Assembly: GCA_963733035.1 (NCBI GenBank)
Contig: CAVTBU010000005.1
Location: 2,016,001 to 2,080,000, forward strand
Direction of reading: 5' to 3'
Length of the DNA: 64,000 nucleotides
From: Pirellulales bacterium
GTDB lineage: Bacteria; Planctomycetota; Planctomycetia; Pirellulales; PALSA-1355
Shown: piece after piece, positions 10,281 to 20,130 of the stretch
How positions within the stretch are numbered: position 1 is the first letter of the stretch
How the letters are laid out: every line of letters starts with the position of its first letter
Program-made: the position numbers and the translations under genes
Notes under the pieces: model-generated
The model's input: only the letters and a program-made list of their open reading frames with translations
The model's database searches: none
What the model was told of the DNA's origin: nothing

Positions 10281-11681
10281 TTACTCGGGCAGCGGCTTAC
10301 CCATCGTCTCTGGCGCAAATGGCAACACAACCAAACCCAGGAGAAAGATGCCGCACATCGTCACGCCGGCGTACCGCATCGGTTCGGGAAAGTCAGCATA
10401 GACATAGGCCGTCAGAACGCCGAGCGCTGCCGGTCCCAGTGCCGCGACGAACCGCCCCACGTTGTAGCAGAACGAAGTGCCCGTGCTGCGCAGACGCGTG
10501 GGAAACAACTCTGGGAAGTAAATCGCATAGCCACCAAACAAGGCCAACTGGCAGAAGCCCATGATGAAGATGGGCAGCAAGCCGACCGGCAGCGGTCCGA
10601 TGAACTGGGTCACGTCTTGCAGAAACCAGAACACGTATGCCGTGCTGACCATCGCTGCCAGGAACGCGACGGCAAACGCCGGCCGCCGTCCGGTGTACTG
10701 GGTAATCACACTGAACGAATAGATGCCGCAGAACCCACCCAGGTTCTGCACGATCGAGACCATGCCCGTCCAGTTGCCAACGCGGACTTTAACTTCGCTG
10801 GGACCGAGCCCTTCGGCCTCGAACCGGTTCCGCAGCACGGTGGAAATCAGATCGTAGCTGAAGAATCCAATACCCCACAATCCGACCACGCCGGCAAAGG
10901 CCAGCAGCATGCCCACGATAGCGTTACGCCGCCAGCGCGGATCCGCAAACAGATCAGCGTATGAGCCCAGATGCGACTTCTGTTCGTGGGCGGCCACGTT
11001 TTTCCAGCGATCAGGTTCTTTCAATCGCCGTCGAATGAGCAAGGCCAAAAGCGCCGGCAGCGTTCCCACGACGAACATGATTCGCCAGGCACTGCCGACC
11101 ATACCGGAACTCTCCAACTGGGTCATACCCATACTGATGAACGCCGCCGAGATATTGCCCACTGCCGACAATGCCTGCAACAGACCAAGGGCAAACGGCC
11201 GCGCCCGATCAGGCATGACCTCGGCAACCAGCGAGACGCCGACGGCAAACTCGCCGCCTACACCCAACCCAGTCAGGAAGCGATAGAAGGCAAAATCCCA
11301 GAACCCGACCGACAGCGCGCTCAGACCGGTGAACAGGGAGTAGATCAGAATCGTGAAAACCATCGTCTTGGCACGGCCGATTCGGTCGCCTAGCACGCCA
11401 AAAAACAAACCGCCGCTCGCCCAGCCAATCAAGAAAATCGACGTTGCATAGCCGGCGTACTCGTTGACGACCCGCAGGTCCTCGGACTTCTGCTCGGCGG
11501 TCAAGTCTTCGCCGTCGTCGGCCGGTTTGGCACCGACCAGTTCGATCATCGCGGGTCGCCGCGCCAGGGCAAACAACTGTTGGTCCATCGTGTCGAACAG
11601 CCACCCCAGGGCGGCTACGGTCAACACAAACCAGTGATAACGATTCAGTTCGCGGTACCAGCGATAGGGCCGTTCGTTCAT
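10281..11681 (-). CDS. Major facilitator superfamily transporter
   Basis: About 12 hydrophobic segments; GVLGDRIGR motif A, RFLTGLGVGGE, PELFPTRLR. Confidence 0.93.
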   Translation of the reverse strand: MNERPYRWYRELNRYHWFVLTVAALGWLFDTMDQQLFALARRPAMIELVGAKPADDGEDLTAEQKSEDLRVVNEYAGYATSIFLIGWASGGLFFGVLGDRIGRAKTMVFTILIYSLFTGLSALSVGFWDFAFYRFLTGLGVGGEFAVGVSLVAEVMPDRARPFALGLLQALSAVGNISAAFISMGMTQLESSGMVGSAWRIMFVVGTLPALLALLIRRRLKEPDRWKNVAAHEQKSHLGSYADLFADPRWRRNAIVGMLLAFAGVVGLWGIGFFSYDLISTVLRNRFEAEGLGPSEVKVRVGNWTGMVSIVQNLGGFCGIYSFSVITQYTGRRPAFAVAFLAAMVSTAYVFWFLQDVTQFIGPLPVGLLPIFIMGFCQLALFGGYAIYFPELFPTRLRSTGTSFCYNVGRFVAALGPAALGVLTAYVYADFPEPMRYAGVTMCGIFLLGLVVLPFAPETMGKPLPE

Positions 11682-11914
11682 GCCGTCGGTGATCCTCTCG
11701 GAAATCGTGGGCGGAAAACGGGTTGCGGCTACTTGGCAAGGACCCGTGCGGGCTGCTGCCTAACGCGCATCGGTCGGATATGCCCTCCCAGTAGTCGCGT
11801 CATCGTAACCCAGGGACCCCTACATTGCGAGGGTGCGGTTTTCCCGAAGTCCGCGGGGCGAGAAGACCTGCGGCCGAGGAGTGAAATGAATACGTCGAAT
11901 CCGAGGAAAAAGAC

Positions 11915-11943
11915 TTGACGTAATTAGACCAACGCCATATCGT
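11915..11943 (+). promoter_or_regulatory. Candidate sigma70 promoter for the PEP-CTERM gene
   Basis: TTGACG-17 nt-TATCGT in an AT-rich intergenic patch. Confidence 0.5.
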
Positions 11944-12204
11944 GAAGAAAGCTTACTGAACCGTTAGACCACCGCCTTTTCGCTGGGCTAATGATCTAAA
12001 GACCGAGAGTTCTTGCCGCACGCATTTTTTGCGTCCCCGTTCGGTTGCGGCAGTTCTTCCTCTCTCGGGACTTCCCGCGTCTTTGTCGCGCACTCGCATC
12101 CGGCAACCCTTAACCGCGTTCTGAAAAGAACGTCCGTGTTAACAGCCGCCGGTCAGGCGATGCGCAACGTATTCCGATCCCCAAGCAACGTGTTGGTTTC
12201 TGGC

Positions 12205-13623
12205 ATGATCATTTTCCTCCGCATGCGGAATGTGCAAATCGTCGTGGTCGCGTTGGCCGTGGCCTTACTGGTCCGGACGGCGTGGGCCGTCGATATTGAC
12301 GGCGTTCGCGAAGGGTCCCTCGATCAACCGCGCATGAACTTCGTGATCGAACCCGGCGCAGGCGGCGATCCGTACAGCTACGAAGGGCTTTTCGGCGGAA
12401 CGTCGATCAATATCTTCGGATTCCTCGATACCGGGGCAAGCGGCGTGGTCATCAGCGACGCGTCGGCCACGACGCTGCAAATGCCACGACAAGCGGGCGT
12501 CCAGTTTTTCGATGTGGGTGTCGGTGGATCCTCGTTGTACGACGTAAGCGAATCGGTACGGATTCGCGCCGCCGCTTCGACGTCGACGGCGATTGACAAC
12601 CTATCCACCTATCAAACCGTCTACAACCAGGTCACCGGTCCGACGAACATTCAGATCGGGCCAACCAACACCTCGCCAGATCCGCTGTCCGATCCGCTCG
12701 ATGTCTTCGGTATGCCGGTGATGATGGGCAAGACCGTCGTGATGGACCCGAGACCAGTCAACGACTTGAGTGATCTGATGCACACTTTCATCTATGATCA
12801 GGGCACGCCATTCCATCCGAGCACGACGAATACGGATCCGGGTATTCCCACCACCAGCCACCATGTGCAGCTGAGCTACGGTGATTTCACCCGATTCACC
12901 GAGTTGTCACCGCCGGGAGCTCAAGGACCGCAGTTCAGCCACAACCCGTTCATCGGCCCCAACCCGGTATTGCAACTCGATAACAATCCGCCGGTCGACA
13001 ATACACCGCCGGTGAATGTCTCGTTCAACGGAGTGGAAGCCTCGGGCAGTTTCCTGCTCGACACCGGGGCCGCGGCGTCTTTCATTTCGACCAGCCTGGC
13101 GGCGTCGCTTCACGTGCGCTATAGCGAGAACCCGCCCGCCGGCACAACGCAGCTCGAGACTTTCGATCCCGCTCATCCCGAGCTTCCCGGCACGCCCATC
13201 GCCAATCAATTCCAGTTGCCCATCCAGGGCCTCGGTGGCACGGTAGATCTGGCGGGCTTCTTTCTCGACGACCTGTTGCTGCACACGACCGAAGGCAGTC
13301 TTGACCCCAACGATCCCAACAATCTTCGCTACTTGCACGCTCCAGTGCTGGTGAACGACATCACGGTGGTCGACCCGATCACCGATCAAACTCTTACGCT
13401 CGACGGTGTGTTTGGCACGAACTTCCTGGTGGCCAGCATTGGGTTTGATTTTGGCGACGCGCGCGAATCGCCATACAATTGGATCACGTTTGACGAGCCG
13501 AACGGAATTCTGGGGCTGGACCTCGCCGCCAACGTCCCGGAACCGAGCACGTGCGTATTGGCCAGCCTGGGTTTAATGTTGCTCAGCGGATTGGCATGGC
13601 GCAAGCGACACAAAGCCAGGTAG
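12205..13623 (+). CDS. Secreted two-lobed aspartic protease with PEP-CTERM sorting signal (start 12205 or 12223)
   Basis: Signal peptide ending TAWA; catalytic motifs FLDTGASG and LLDTGAAA, each followed by a hydrophobic-Gly motif (VFGMP, VFGTNFL); C-terminal VPEPST-TM-RKRHK. Confidence 0.82.
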   Translation: MIIFLRMRNVQIVVVALAVALLVRTAWAVDIDGVREGSLDQPRMNFVIEPGAGGDPYSYEGLFGGTSINIFGFLDTGASGVVISDASATTLQMPRQAGVQFFDVGVGGSSLYDVSESVRIRAAASTSTAIDNLSTYQTVYNQVTGPTNIQIGPTNTSPDPLSDPLDVFGMPVMMGKTVVMDPRPVNDLSDLMHTFIYDQGTPFHPSTTNTDPGIPTTSHHVQLSYGDFTRFTELSPPGAQGPQFSHNPFIGPNPVLQLDNNPPVDNTPPVNVSFNGVEASGSFLLDTGAAASFISTSLAASLHVRYSENPPAGTTQLETFDPAHPELPGTPIANQFQLPIQGLGGTVDLAGFFLDDLLLHTTEGSLDPNDPNNLRYLHAPVLVNDITVVDPITDQTLTLDGVFGTNFLVASIGFDFGDARESPYNWITFDEPNGILGLDLAANVPEPSTCVLASLGLMLLSGLAWRKRHKAR

Positions 13624-13670
13624 TTGCTGTTCCGCAGCCGATGGCCTTGCGAGTTTTCGCGTGTGAGCCC

Positions 13671-15087
13671 TCAGAAGTTCAGCGCATTCCGAATGCGCTC
13701 GGCCGCTAGCTCGCCACTGTGGATACAATTTGGCACGCCCACGCCGTGGTAGGCATTGCCTGCCAATTCCAAGCCTGGCCATCGCTGCAGGCCACTTTCG
13801 ATCGCCGCGACTCGTTCGTTGTGCCCGAGGTGGTACTGGGGCATCGAGTCTGGCCAGCGCACCACACCGGCAAACAGTGGCTCACCCTGCGCATCCAGTA
13901 GTGTTCGCAATTCGTCGACGGCAATTGCTATCAACTGATCGTCCGACAGCGCGTTCAACTCGCTCTGGCAGGCCCCGCCGATAAACACCCGCACGAGCAC
14001 ACACCCGGCGGGCGCGCGGCCCTCGAACTTTGCGCTGGCAAAGCTACCCGCCAGAATACGGCGTTTTTCTACCGCCGGCACGACGAAGCCAAAACCGTCC
14101 AGTTCGTTTCCGATTTGTTCGCGACGGTAGCCCAGCGTCACGATGGACGTGCCGGCGTATTCGATTTTTGCCAGTTCGCGTGAAACATCCGGATCGAGAT
14201 TCGCCAACAGCTTCGCCGCTTGCGGCGCGCGCGGTGCCAGGATCAGGCCCTCGCACCGAATCGGATCAGTGCTGCCCGATACACGTAGCGTCCAGCCCCC
14301 TTCCGCTTCATGTTCAATGTTTTCAACAGGACTATTGAGTCGGACGGTGCCGGCGGGCAAGCGGTCGACCAACCGCTCAATAAGCGAACTCATCCCGTTG
14401 CGAAGCGTGACAAACAGCCCGTAGCGAGCGCCGCTGTCCTGCGCGCTTTGCTACCGTAGCCGCGCGGGCCCCGCGGATCAGGCTACCCCAGCGGCGCTCC
14501 ATCTCGATGAACCGCGGCATGGTGGCGGCTAGACTAAGCTTCTCGGGATCGGCCGTATAGATTCCACCGACCAGCGGCTGCACGATGCGTTCGAAAGTCT
14601 CTCGTCCCAAGCGACGCCGAGCGAATGCGGCAAGGCTCTCATCGCCGTCGCCGGCACGCCGCGGCACGAAACGTTCAGCCAGCAATCTCATCTTGCCTTG
14701 CGGGCTCAGAATCGGCGTTGTCACCAGGGACCAAAATCTTGCCGGGGCCAGCAGCATGAAGCCCGCCGGCACGCGGACCAGCCTTCCACGATGCACCACC
14801 AGGGCACCGCGCTGCTGAGTGCGGGTTGCGATCAACTCGTCGCCGAGCCCGATTCGCCGGCAAAGGTCGACGGCCCAGGGAACGTCTGTGATGAAATTAT
14901 CGGCGCTTTGTTCGATCAGAAATCCGTCTCGACGAACGGTATGCAGCACGCCGCCGACCCGATCACCCGCTTCCAACAAAATGACCTCGATCGACGAGTC
15001 GAGTTCCATAAGCCGATGTGCCGCGGCGAGGCCGCTAATGCCTCCGCCAATTACCGCAACGGTTTTTCGAGTACCAGCAGCATTCAT
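13671..15087 (-). CDS. hemG: Protoporphyrinogen/coproporphyrinogen oxidase, HemY type (frame break at ~14443)
   Basis: GGGISGL FAD motif, LVGGIY, GFGFVVP, MPQYHLGH, GVGVPNCI. The two ORFs join through ...DSGARYGLFVTLRNGMSSL at GCGCGC 14441-14446. Confidence 0.9.
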
Positions 15088-15271
15088 GGCAAATTACGTA
15101 GTAGGCGCGGAGTCTAAGGCAAGCCGTGGTTGGCATGCTCCACAATCCTATCATGGCCGAGCGGGGTGCGACCAACCCCGTACCCGGCAGTCGAGACCTC
15201 CTCCGGGATGGACGGTTGACGATTGCAATCGCGGCTCGACCGAACCGAAATGAGGCGCATTTGGACGTGAT

Positions 15272-15301
15272 TTGACTCGCCCGGCGGCGGCAACCCATAA
15301 T
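15272..15301 (+). promoter_or_regulatory. Candidate sigma70 promoter for the cytochrome c-LRR/DUF cassette
   Basis: TTGACT-18 nt-CATAAT, 50 nt upstream of ATG 15351. Confidence 0.4.
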
Positions 15302-15350
15302 ACTTCAGGTAATGGAAGAGACGGGTATTCGCACCTGGGAGACCTTATCG

Positions 15351-16319
15351 ATGAGCGTTCGACGTGTCGCGCAAGTGGCGGTTTGCTGTGCCGTGGGATT
15401 GATTTTCAGCGGTCCTCAGGCACTGGCCATTCCTCCCTTCATGAAGGAATTCCAAGCGAAGTACGCCAAGCCTGACTCCGCGGACGAGAAGGAGAAAGAA
15501 TACGCGAAGATCCTCGTTGAGACCGTCAAGTGCAACGTTTGTCACGTGCAGGGCGAGCCCAAAAAAGTTCGCAACGCCTACGGCACAGAACTTAGCAAAC
15601 TGCTGAAGAAAGACGATTTCAAGTCCGAACGTCTCAAGGAAGAGCCTGAAAAGTGTTCGGCCGAGATCGTTGCCGCGCTGGACGCCGTGGCCGCGATGAA
15701 GTCCTCTGGCGAGGACTCGCCAACTTTCGGCGAGATAATCGCTCAGTACAAGCTGCCAGTCGACGCACCGGCGGCCGTGGCAAAATCCGATGAGCCGGCG
15801 CCCATGCCCGCGCCCGATGAGCCGGCTCCTGCGGCGGCCGCCGAAGTCCCTCCTTCGGCAGAAACCCAAACCGCAATTGACGCCATCAACAAGATCGGTG
15901 GCACGGTGATGGAATTGGCCCAGAACGATGACTCGCTCGTCGTCGATTTTCATCTGGGCGGCACGGCGCTCACGGACGATGGGTTGGCGCAAGTGAAATT
16001 ACTTCCCAAAGTCGTGCAGCTCGACCTCAAGGATACGCAGATCACAGACGCCGGGCTCGCGCAGATCGCCGGGCTGGCAACTCTCAACAAGCTGCATCTC
16101 GAAAAGACGAAGGTCACCGATGCGGGTCTGGCCCATCTGAAGGATCTCGGCAACCTTGAGTACCTCAATCTCTATGGCACGGCGGTGACCGACGCGGGCC
16201 TCGAACACCTGAAGTCGCTCGGCAAGCTCAAGAAGCTCTATGTCTGGCAAACTCAGGTAACGGACGAAGGGATTGCGAAGCTCAAGGAATCGCTGCCGGA
16301 ATTGACGGTCGTGAAGTAG
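15351..16319 (+). CDS. Exported monoheme cytochrome c domain fused to leucine-rich repeats
   Basis: Signal peptide (..PQALA), CNVCH heme motif, Pro/Ala linker with duplicated DEPAP, then about 4-5 24-aa LRRs (TDAGLAHLKDLGNLEYLNLYGTAV). Confidence 0.8.
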   Translation: MSVRRVAQVAVCCAVGLIFSGPQALAIPPFMKEFQAKYAKPDSADEKEKEYAKILVETVKCNVCHVQGEPKKVRNAYGTELSKLLKKDDFKSERLKEEPEKCSAEIVAALDAVAAMKSSGEDSPTFGEIIAQYKLPVDAPAAVAKSDEPAPMPAPDEPAPAAAAEVPPSAETQTAIDAINKIGGTVMELAQNDDSLVVDFHLGGTALTDDGLAQVKLLPKVVQLDLKDTQITDAGLAQIAGLATLNKLHLEKTKVTDAGLAHLKDLGNLEYLNLYGTAVTDAGLEHLKSLGKLKKLYVWQTQVTDEGIAKLKESLPELTVVK

Positions 16320-16447
16320 CCCTAAACTGTCTCTACAAAAGGACCTGCAATCCATTAAAAAGCGTTGATTGTAGGCCGCCGATCGCTTAAATTACAGGCT
16401 GACCGAAAGCGGATCCTACCCCGACCTTTCCCGCCTACAGCCTGTCC

Positions 16448-18694
16448 ATGCTTCGCGCCTTCCCACAATGTGCGCTCGTGCTGTTTGCCGCCGCGGCCTT
16501 GGCCTGTCTGGCGTTCGGCTTGCCTGCCTGGGCGAACACGCCTGACGTGCAGGACGACGTAACTCCAACTCCCACAATCATCGCGGGCAAAGTGAACTTC
16601 GAATTGGACGTCCTGCCCGTGCTGACCGCGGCCGGATGCAATGCCGGCGCCTGCCACGGCAAGGCTCGCGGACAGAACGGTTTTGCTCTCTCGCTGTTGG
16701 GGTTCGACCCGGCGTTCGACTACTCGGCCATTGTCGAGGAGGGACACGGCCGACGGGTTTTTCCGGCCGCTCCGGAAAACAGTCTGCTACTGCGAAAGGC
16801 GTCGCTGCGCGTTCCGCACGGTGGCGGCGAACGGCTGAAGCCCGGCAGTCCTGAATATGACCTCGTCCGCCGTTGGATCGCCTCGGGCATGGCTCGTGCG
16901 GGAGCCAATGCGCCCACGCTCGATGGCGTGACCGTTGAACCAGACGAGCATGTGATGCCGGCTAGTTCAACTGAACAACTCAAGGTGTTGGCGCACTACT
17001 CAGACGGTTCGGTGCGCGACGTCACGCCGCTCACCGATTTTTCGTCGAACGAGCCCGGCGTGGTTTCCGTCGACAGCGGCTTGGTAAAGGCAGGCAAGTT
17101 GCCCGGCGAGGCCACGCTGTCGATCCGCTACATGAACAACATCGTCCCCTGGAACACGGCCATTCCGATTGCAGGGTCTGTCGAGGTGGGATTGTACGAC
17201 CAGTTGCCTCGGCAGAATTTCATCGATGGCCTGGTGTGGGAAAAACTGCAAACCGTGGGAATTGTTCCCAGCGAACCGGCACCCGAGCATACTTTCCTCC
17301 GCCGGGCGTATCTCGATGTCATCGGTCGACTCCCCACGCCGGAAGAATCTCGCGAGTATTTGGCCGATCGGTCGCCGAGCAAGCGCGAAGAACTAATCGA
17401 TTCGCTATTGGCGCGGCCTGAGTATGCCGACTACTGGGCGAATAAGTGGGTCGATTTGCTGCGGCCGAACCCTTACCGCGTCGGAATCAAGCCCACCATG
17501 GCCTTCGACGCCTGGATCCGGCAGGCGTTCCGCGAGAATCGACCGTATGACCAGTTCGTGCGCGATTTGGTCACCGCGCAGGGGAGCGCCTGGCGGAATG
17601 GCGCAGCAACACTGTTTCGCGATCGCCGCACGCCCGATGAAATCACGCCGGTTATCAGCCAGTTGTTTCTCGGTATCCGGCTGGAGTGCGCCAAGTGCCA
17701 TCACCATCCGTTTGAAGTTTGGGGCCAGGACGATTTTTATGGTTTGGCCGCCTACTTTGCGCGCGTCGCGCATAAGGGCGAGGGCATTTCGCCGCCGATC
17801 TCCGGTGGCGAGGAAGTGGTCTACGTTGCCGACGCCGGGTCGGTACGGCATCCGATCACACGAGAAGTTATGGAGCCGCGGCCGCTATTTGGCGAGGCCC
17901 GTCCCATCGCACCGGGCGAAGACCCACGCCAAGCGCTTGCCGAGTGGATTACCGCGGACGACAACCCATTCTTCGCTCAAGTGGCCGTTAATCGCGTGTG
18001 GGCCGAGTTGATGGGGCGTGGTTTGACCGAGCCAGTCGACGATCTGCGGGCCACGAACCCACCCAGCAATCCGGCCCTGCTCGAAGCGTTGGCAGCCGAT
18101 TTTCGCAAGCAGGGGTATGACCTGAAGAAACTGATTCGCCAGATCATGACCTCGCATGTTTATGCGATCTCGTCCACGCCCAACAAGCGGAACGTATCCG
18201 ATACGCGGAATTATTCGCGACACTATCGCACCCGACTGAAGGCCGAAGTGCTGCTTGACGCGGTGTGCGATGCGACCGGCGCGCCCGAATCATTTGGCGG
18301 CATGCCGGAGGGAACACGGAGCATGGAGATTTGGACGCACCGCGTAGGCTCGCTGTTTTTGGATGCGTTTGGCCGGCCCGACGCCAACCAAGATCCACCC
18401 TACGAGCGACAGCCAGACTCCACAATCGTGCAGGCGTTGCACCTGATGAACGCACCAGAATTGCACGAAAAGATTACCGACGAGCACGGCCGAGCAGCCG
18501 AACTGGCGGCCAGTGACAAAACGGCCGAGGCGATCGTCGAAGAACTCTATTTGCTGCTCTATAGCCGTTTTCCGAACGACGAAGAGCGACAAGCGGTGTT
18601 GTCGGCATTTACCGCGATGCCAAGCCGTGTTCAGGCGACCGAAGACCTGATGTGGGCGTTGATGAACACGCCCGAATTCATCTTTAAGGATTAG
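16448..18694 (+). CDS. DUF1549/DUF1553 (PSD1) protein with Ig-like domain
   Basis: GCNAGACHG, Big_2-like AHYSDGSVRDVT, FLRRAYLDVIGRLPT, LECAKCHHHP, VNRVWAELMGRG, EDLMWALMNTPEF. Confidence 0.9.
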   Translation: MLRAFPQCALVLFAAAALACLAFGLPAWANTPDVQDDVTPTPTIIAGKVNFELDVLPVLTAAGCNAGACHGKARGQNGFALSLLGFDPAFDYSAIVEEGHGRRVFPAAPENSLLLRKASLRVPHGGGERLKPGSPEYDLVRRWIASGMARAGANAPTLDGVTVEPDEHVMPASSTEQLKVLAHYSDGSVRDVTPLTDFSSNEPGVVSVDSGLVKAGKLPGEATLSIRYMNNIVPWNTAIPIAGSVEVGLYDQLPRQNFIDGLVWEKLQTVGIVPSEPAPEHTFLRRAYLDVIGRLPTPEESREYLADRSPSKREELIDSLLARPEYADYWANKWVDLLRPNPYRVGIKPTMAFDAWIRQAFRENRPYDQFVRDLVTAQGSAWRNGAATLFRDRRTPDEITPVISQLFLGIRLECAKCHHHPFEVWGQDDFYGLAAYFARVAHKGEGISPPISGGEEVVYVADAGSVRHPITREVMEPRPLFGEARPIAPGEDPRQALAEWITADDNPFFAQVAVNRVWAELMGRGLTEPVDDLRATNPPSNPALLEALAADFRKQGYDLKKLIRQIMTSHVYAISSTPNKRNVSDTRNYSRHYRTRLKAEVLLDAVCDATGAPESFGGMPEGTRSMEIWTHRVGSLFLDAFGRPDANQDPPYERQPDSTIVQALHLMNAPELHEKITDEHGRAAELAASDKTAEAIVEELYLLLYSRFPNDEERQAVLSAFTAMPSRVQATEDLMWALMNTPEFIFKD

Positions 18695-18784
18695 AAACGC
18701 CCACGGCCGATTTCACACACTTACGACGACTGAATAGGGCGCCCGAGGTTCACTGAACCAATAGACCGCCAAGGAACCCGATCA

Positions 18785-20128
18785 ATGGCTTTTCATACCA
18801 ACTGCGAAGGCATGAGCCGTCGCGACTGCCTAAAGCTCGGTGTCAGCTTTCTCGCCGGTGGCAGCTTCGTGAACCTGCTGCGGCTCAAGGGAGTGGCGGC
18901 CCAAGCGGTATCGCCGGTCAAGCGACCGTCGAGTTGCATCTTGATCTGGATGGATGGCGGACCGACGCATTTCGAAACCTTCGATCCGAAGCCCGAAGCT
19001 CCGGCCGAGATTCGCGGTGAATTTAATCCGATTCGCACGAAGATTCCCGGAGTCTATTTCTCGCAGCACATGACCCGGCTGGCGAGCATCGCGGACAAAC
19101 TGGCAGTCGTGCGGTCCGTGCGTCATAACCAGGGGAATCATGGCGCAGGCAATCACTACATGATGACCGGTTCGCCGCCGCGCATTCCAGTCGGCTGCGG
19201 TGCCTTTGTCAGCTTTCACCCCAGCATGGGATCGGTCGCGGCCTATGAGCGCGGGGCCCCAGAGGGTCTGCCGGCCTATTTCTCGATGCCAAATATGTCG
19301 CGCTCGGGCGGCCCGAATTTCTTGGGTGCCAAGTACGCGCCCTTCGTCGTGTCTGACGATCCCAACGGCGAGGATTTCCGCGTCCGCGACGTGGCGCTGC
19401 CGGCGGGCTTGAGCGACGACCGGTTTCACACGCGACGCGACCTCCGGCACCTGGTCGACCGTTTCCAGCGGATCACCGACTCCGCCGCAGCCGATCCGGT
19501 CAATGCCATCGACGAATACTATCGTCAGGGTTACAACCTGATGACCAGCCCCGCGGCGCAAAAAGCGTTTGACATCCACACCGAGACGGACAAAGTTCGC
19601 GACGCCTATGGCCGCAATGGATTCGGCCAGCGGGCCCTGCTGGCGCACCGCCTGGTCGAGGCGGGCGTGCCGTTCGTCACGCTGTACGACGGCGGCTGGG
19701 ACCACCACTCGGAGATTTTCAGTGGCTTGCCCAAGAAGTTGCCGCCGTTCGAGAACGCAATCGCCACCTTGATCGAAGACCTCGATGACCGCGGCATGCT
19801 CGATACGACCATGGTCATCGCTTTGGGCGAATTTGGCCGCACGCCTAAGATCTCGCAACTGACCGGTCGCAGCAGCCCGGGCCGCGACCATTGGGCCAAC
19901 GCCATGTCGATCATGTTCGCAGGCGGCGGTACGCCCGGCGGACAGGTCGTTGGAGCAACCGACCGCAACGGTCATTCGGCCTGCGAAAGGATTCTGTCGC
20001 CGGAGAATTTCGTGTCGACTGTCTACAGCAAGATGGGGATCGACCCTGGCAAGATCTATCACACGCCGCAAGGACGCCCAGTGCATTTGGTGAGCGACAG
20101 CGAGCCGATCGCGGAACTGATGGGGTAG
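18785..20128 (+). CDS. DUF1501 family protein with Tat-like signal
   Basis: SRRDCLK, WMDGGPTHFETFDPKP, GGWDHH, GEFGRTP, GRDHW motifs. Confidence 0.92.
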   Translation: MAFHTNCEGMSRRDCLKLGVSFLAGGSFVNLLRLKGVAAQAVSPVKRPSSCILIWMDGGPTHFETFDPKPEAPAEIRGEFNPIRTKIPGVYFSQHMTRLASIADKLAVVRSVRHNQGNHGAGNHYMMTGSPPRIPVGCGAFVSFHPSMGSVAAYERGAPEGLPAYFSMPNMSRSGGPNFLGAKYAPFVVSDDPNGEDFRVRDVALPAGLSDDRFHTRRDLRHLVDRFQRITDSAAADPVNAIDEYYRQGYNLMTSPAAQKAFDIHTETDKVRDAYGRNGFGQRALLAHRLVEAGVPFVTLYDGGWDHHSEIFSGLPKKLPPFENAIATLIEDLDDRGMLDTTMVIALGEFGRTPKISQLTGRSSPGRDHWANAMSIMFAGGGTPGGQVVGATDRNGHSACERILSPENFVSTVYSKMGIDPGKIYHTPQGRPVHLVSDSEPIAELMG

Positions 20129-20130
20129 GC

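Noticed and set aside
11960..12000. Resemblance to the fluoride riboswitch 3' half (ACCGC...GCTAATGA); a weaker one at ~2446-2475
   Set aside because: The required 5' GGnGATGG...TCnCC element is missing and no fluoride-related gene follows; kept only as part of the unclassified leader.
15780..15835. Direct repeat CCGATGAGCCGGC (two copies) as a DNA repeat element
   Set aside because: Only two copies, in frame, encoding a DEPAP linker.
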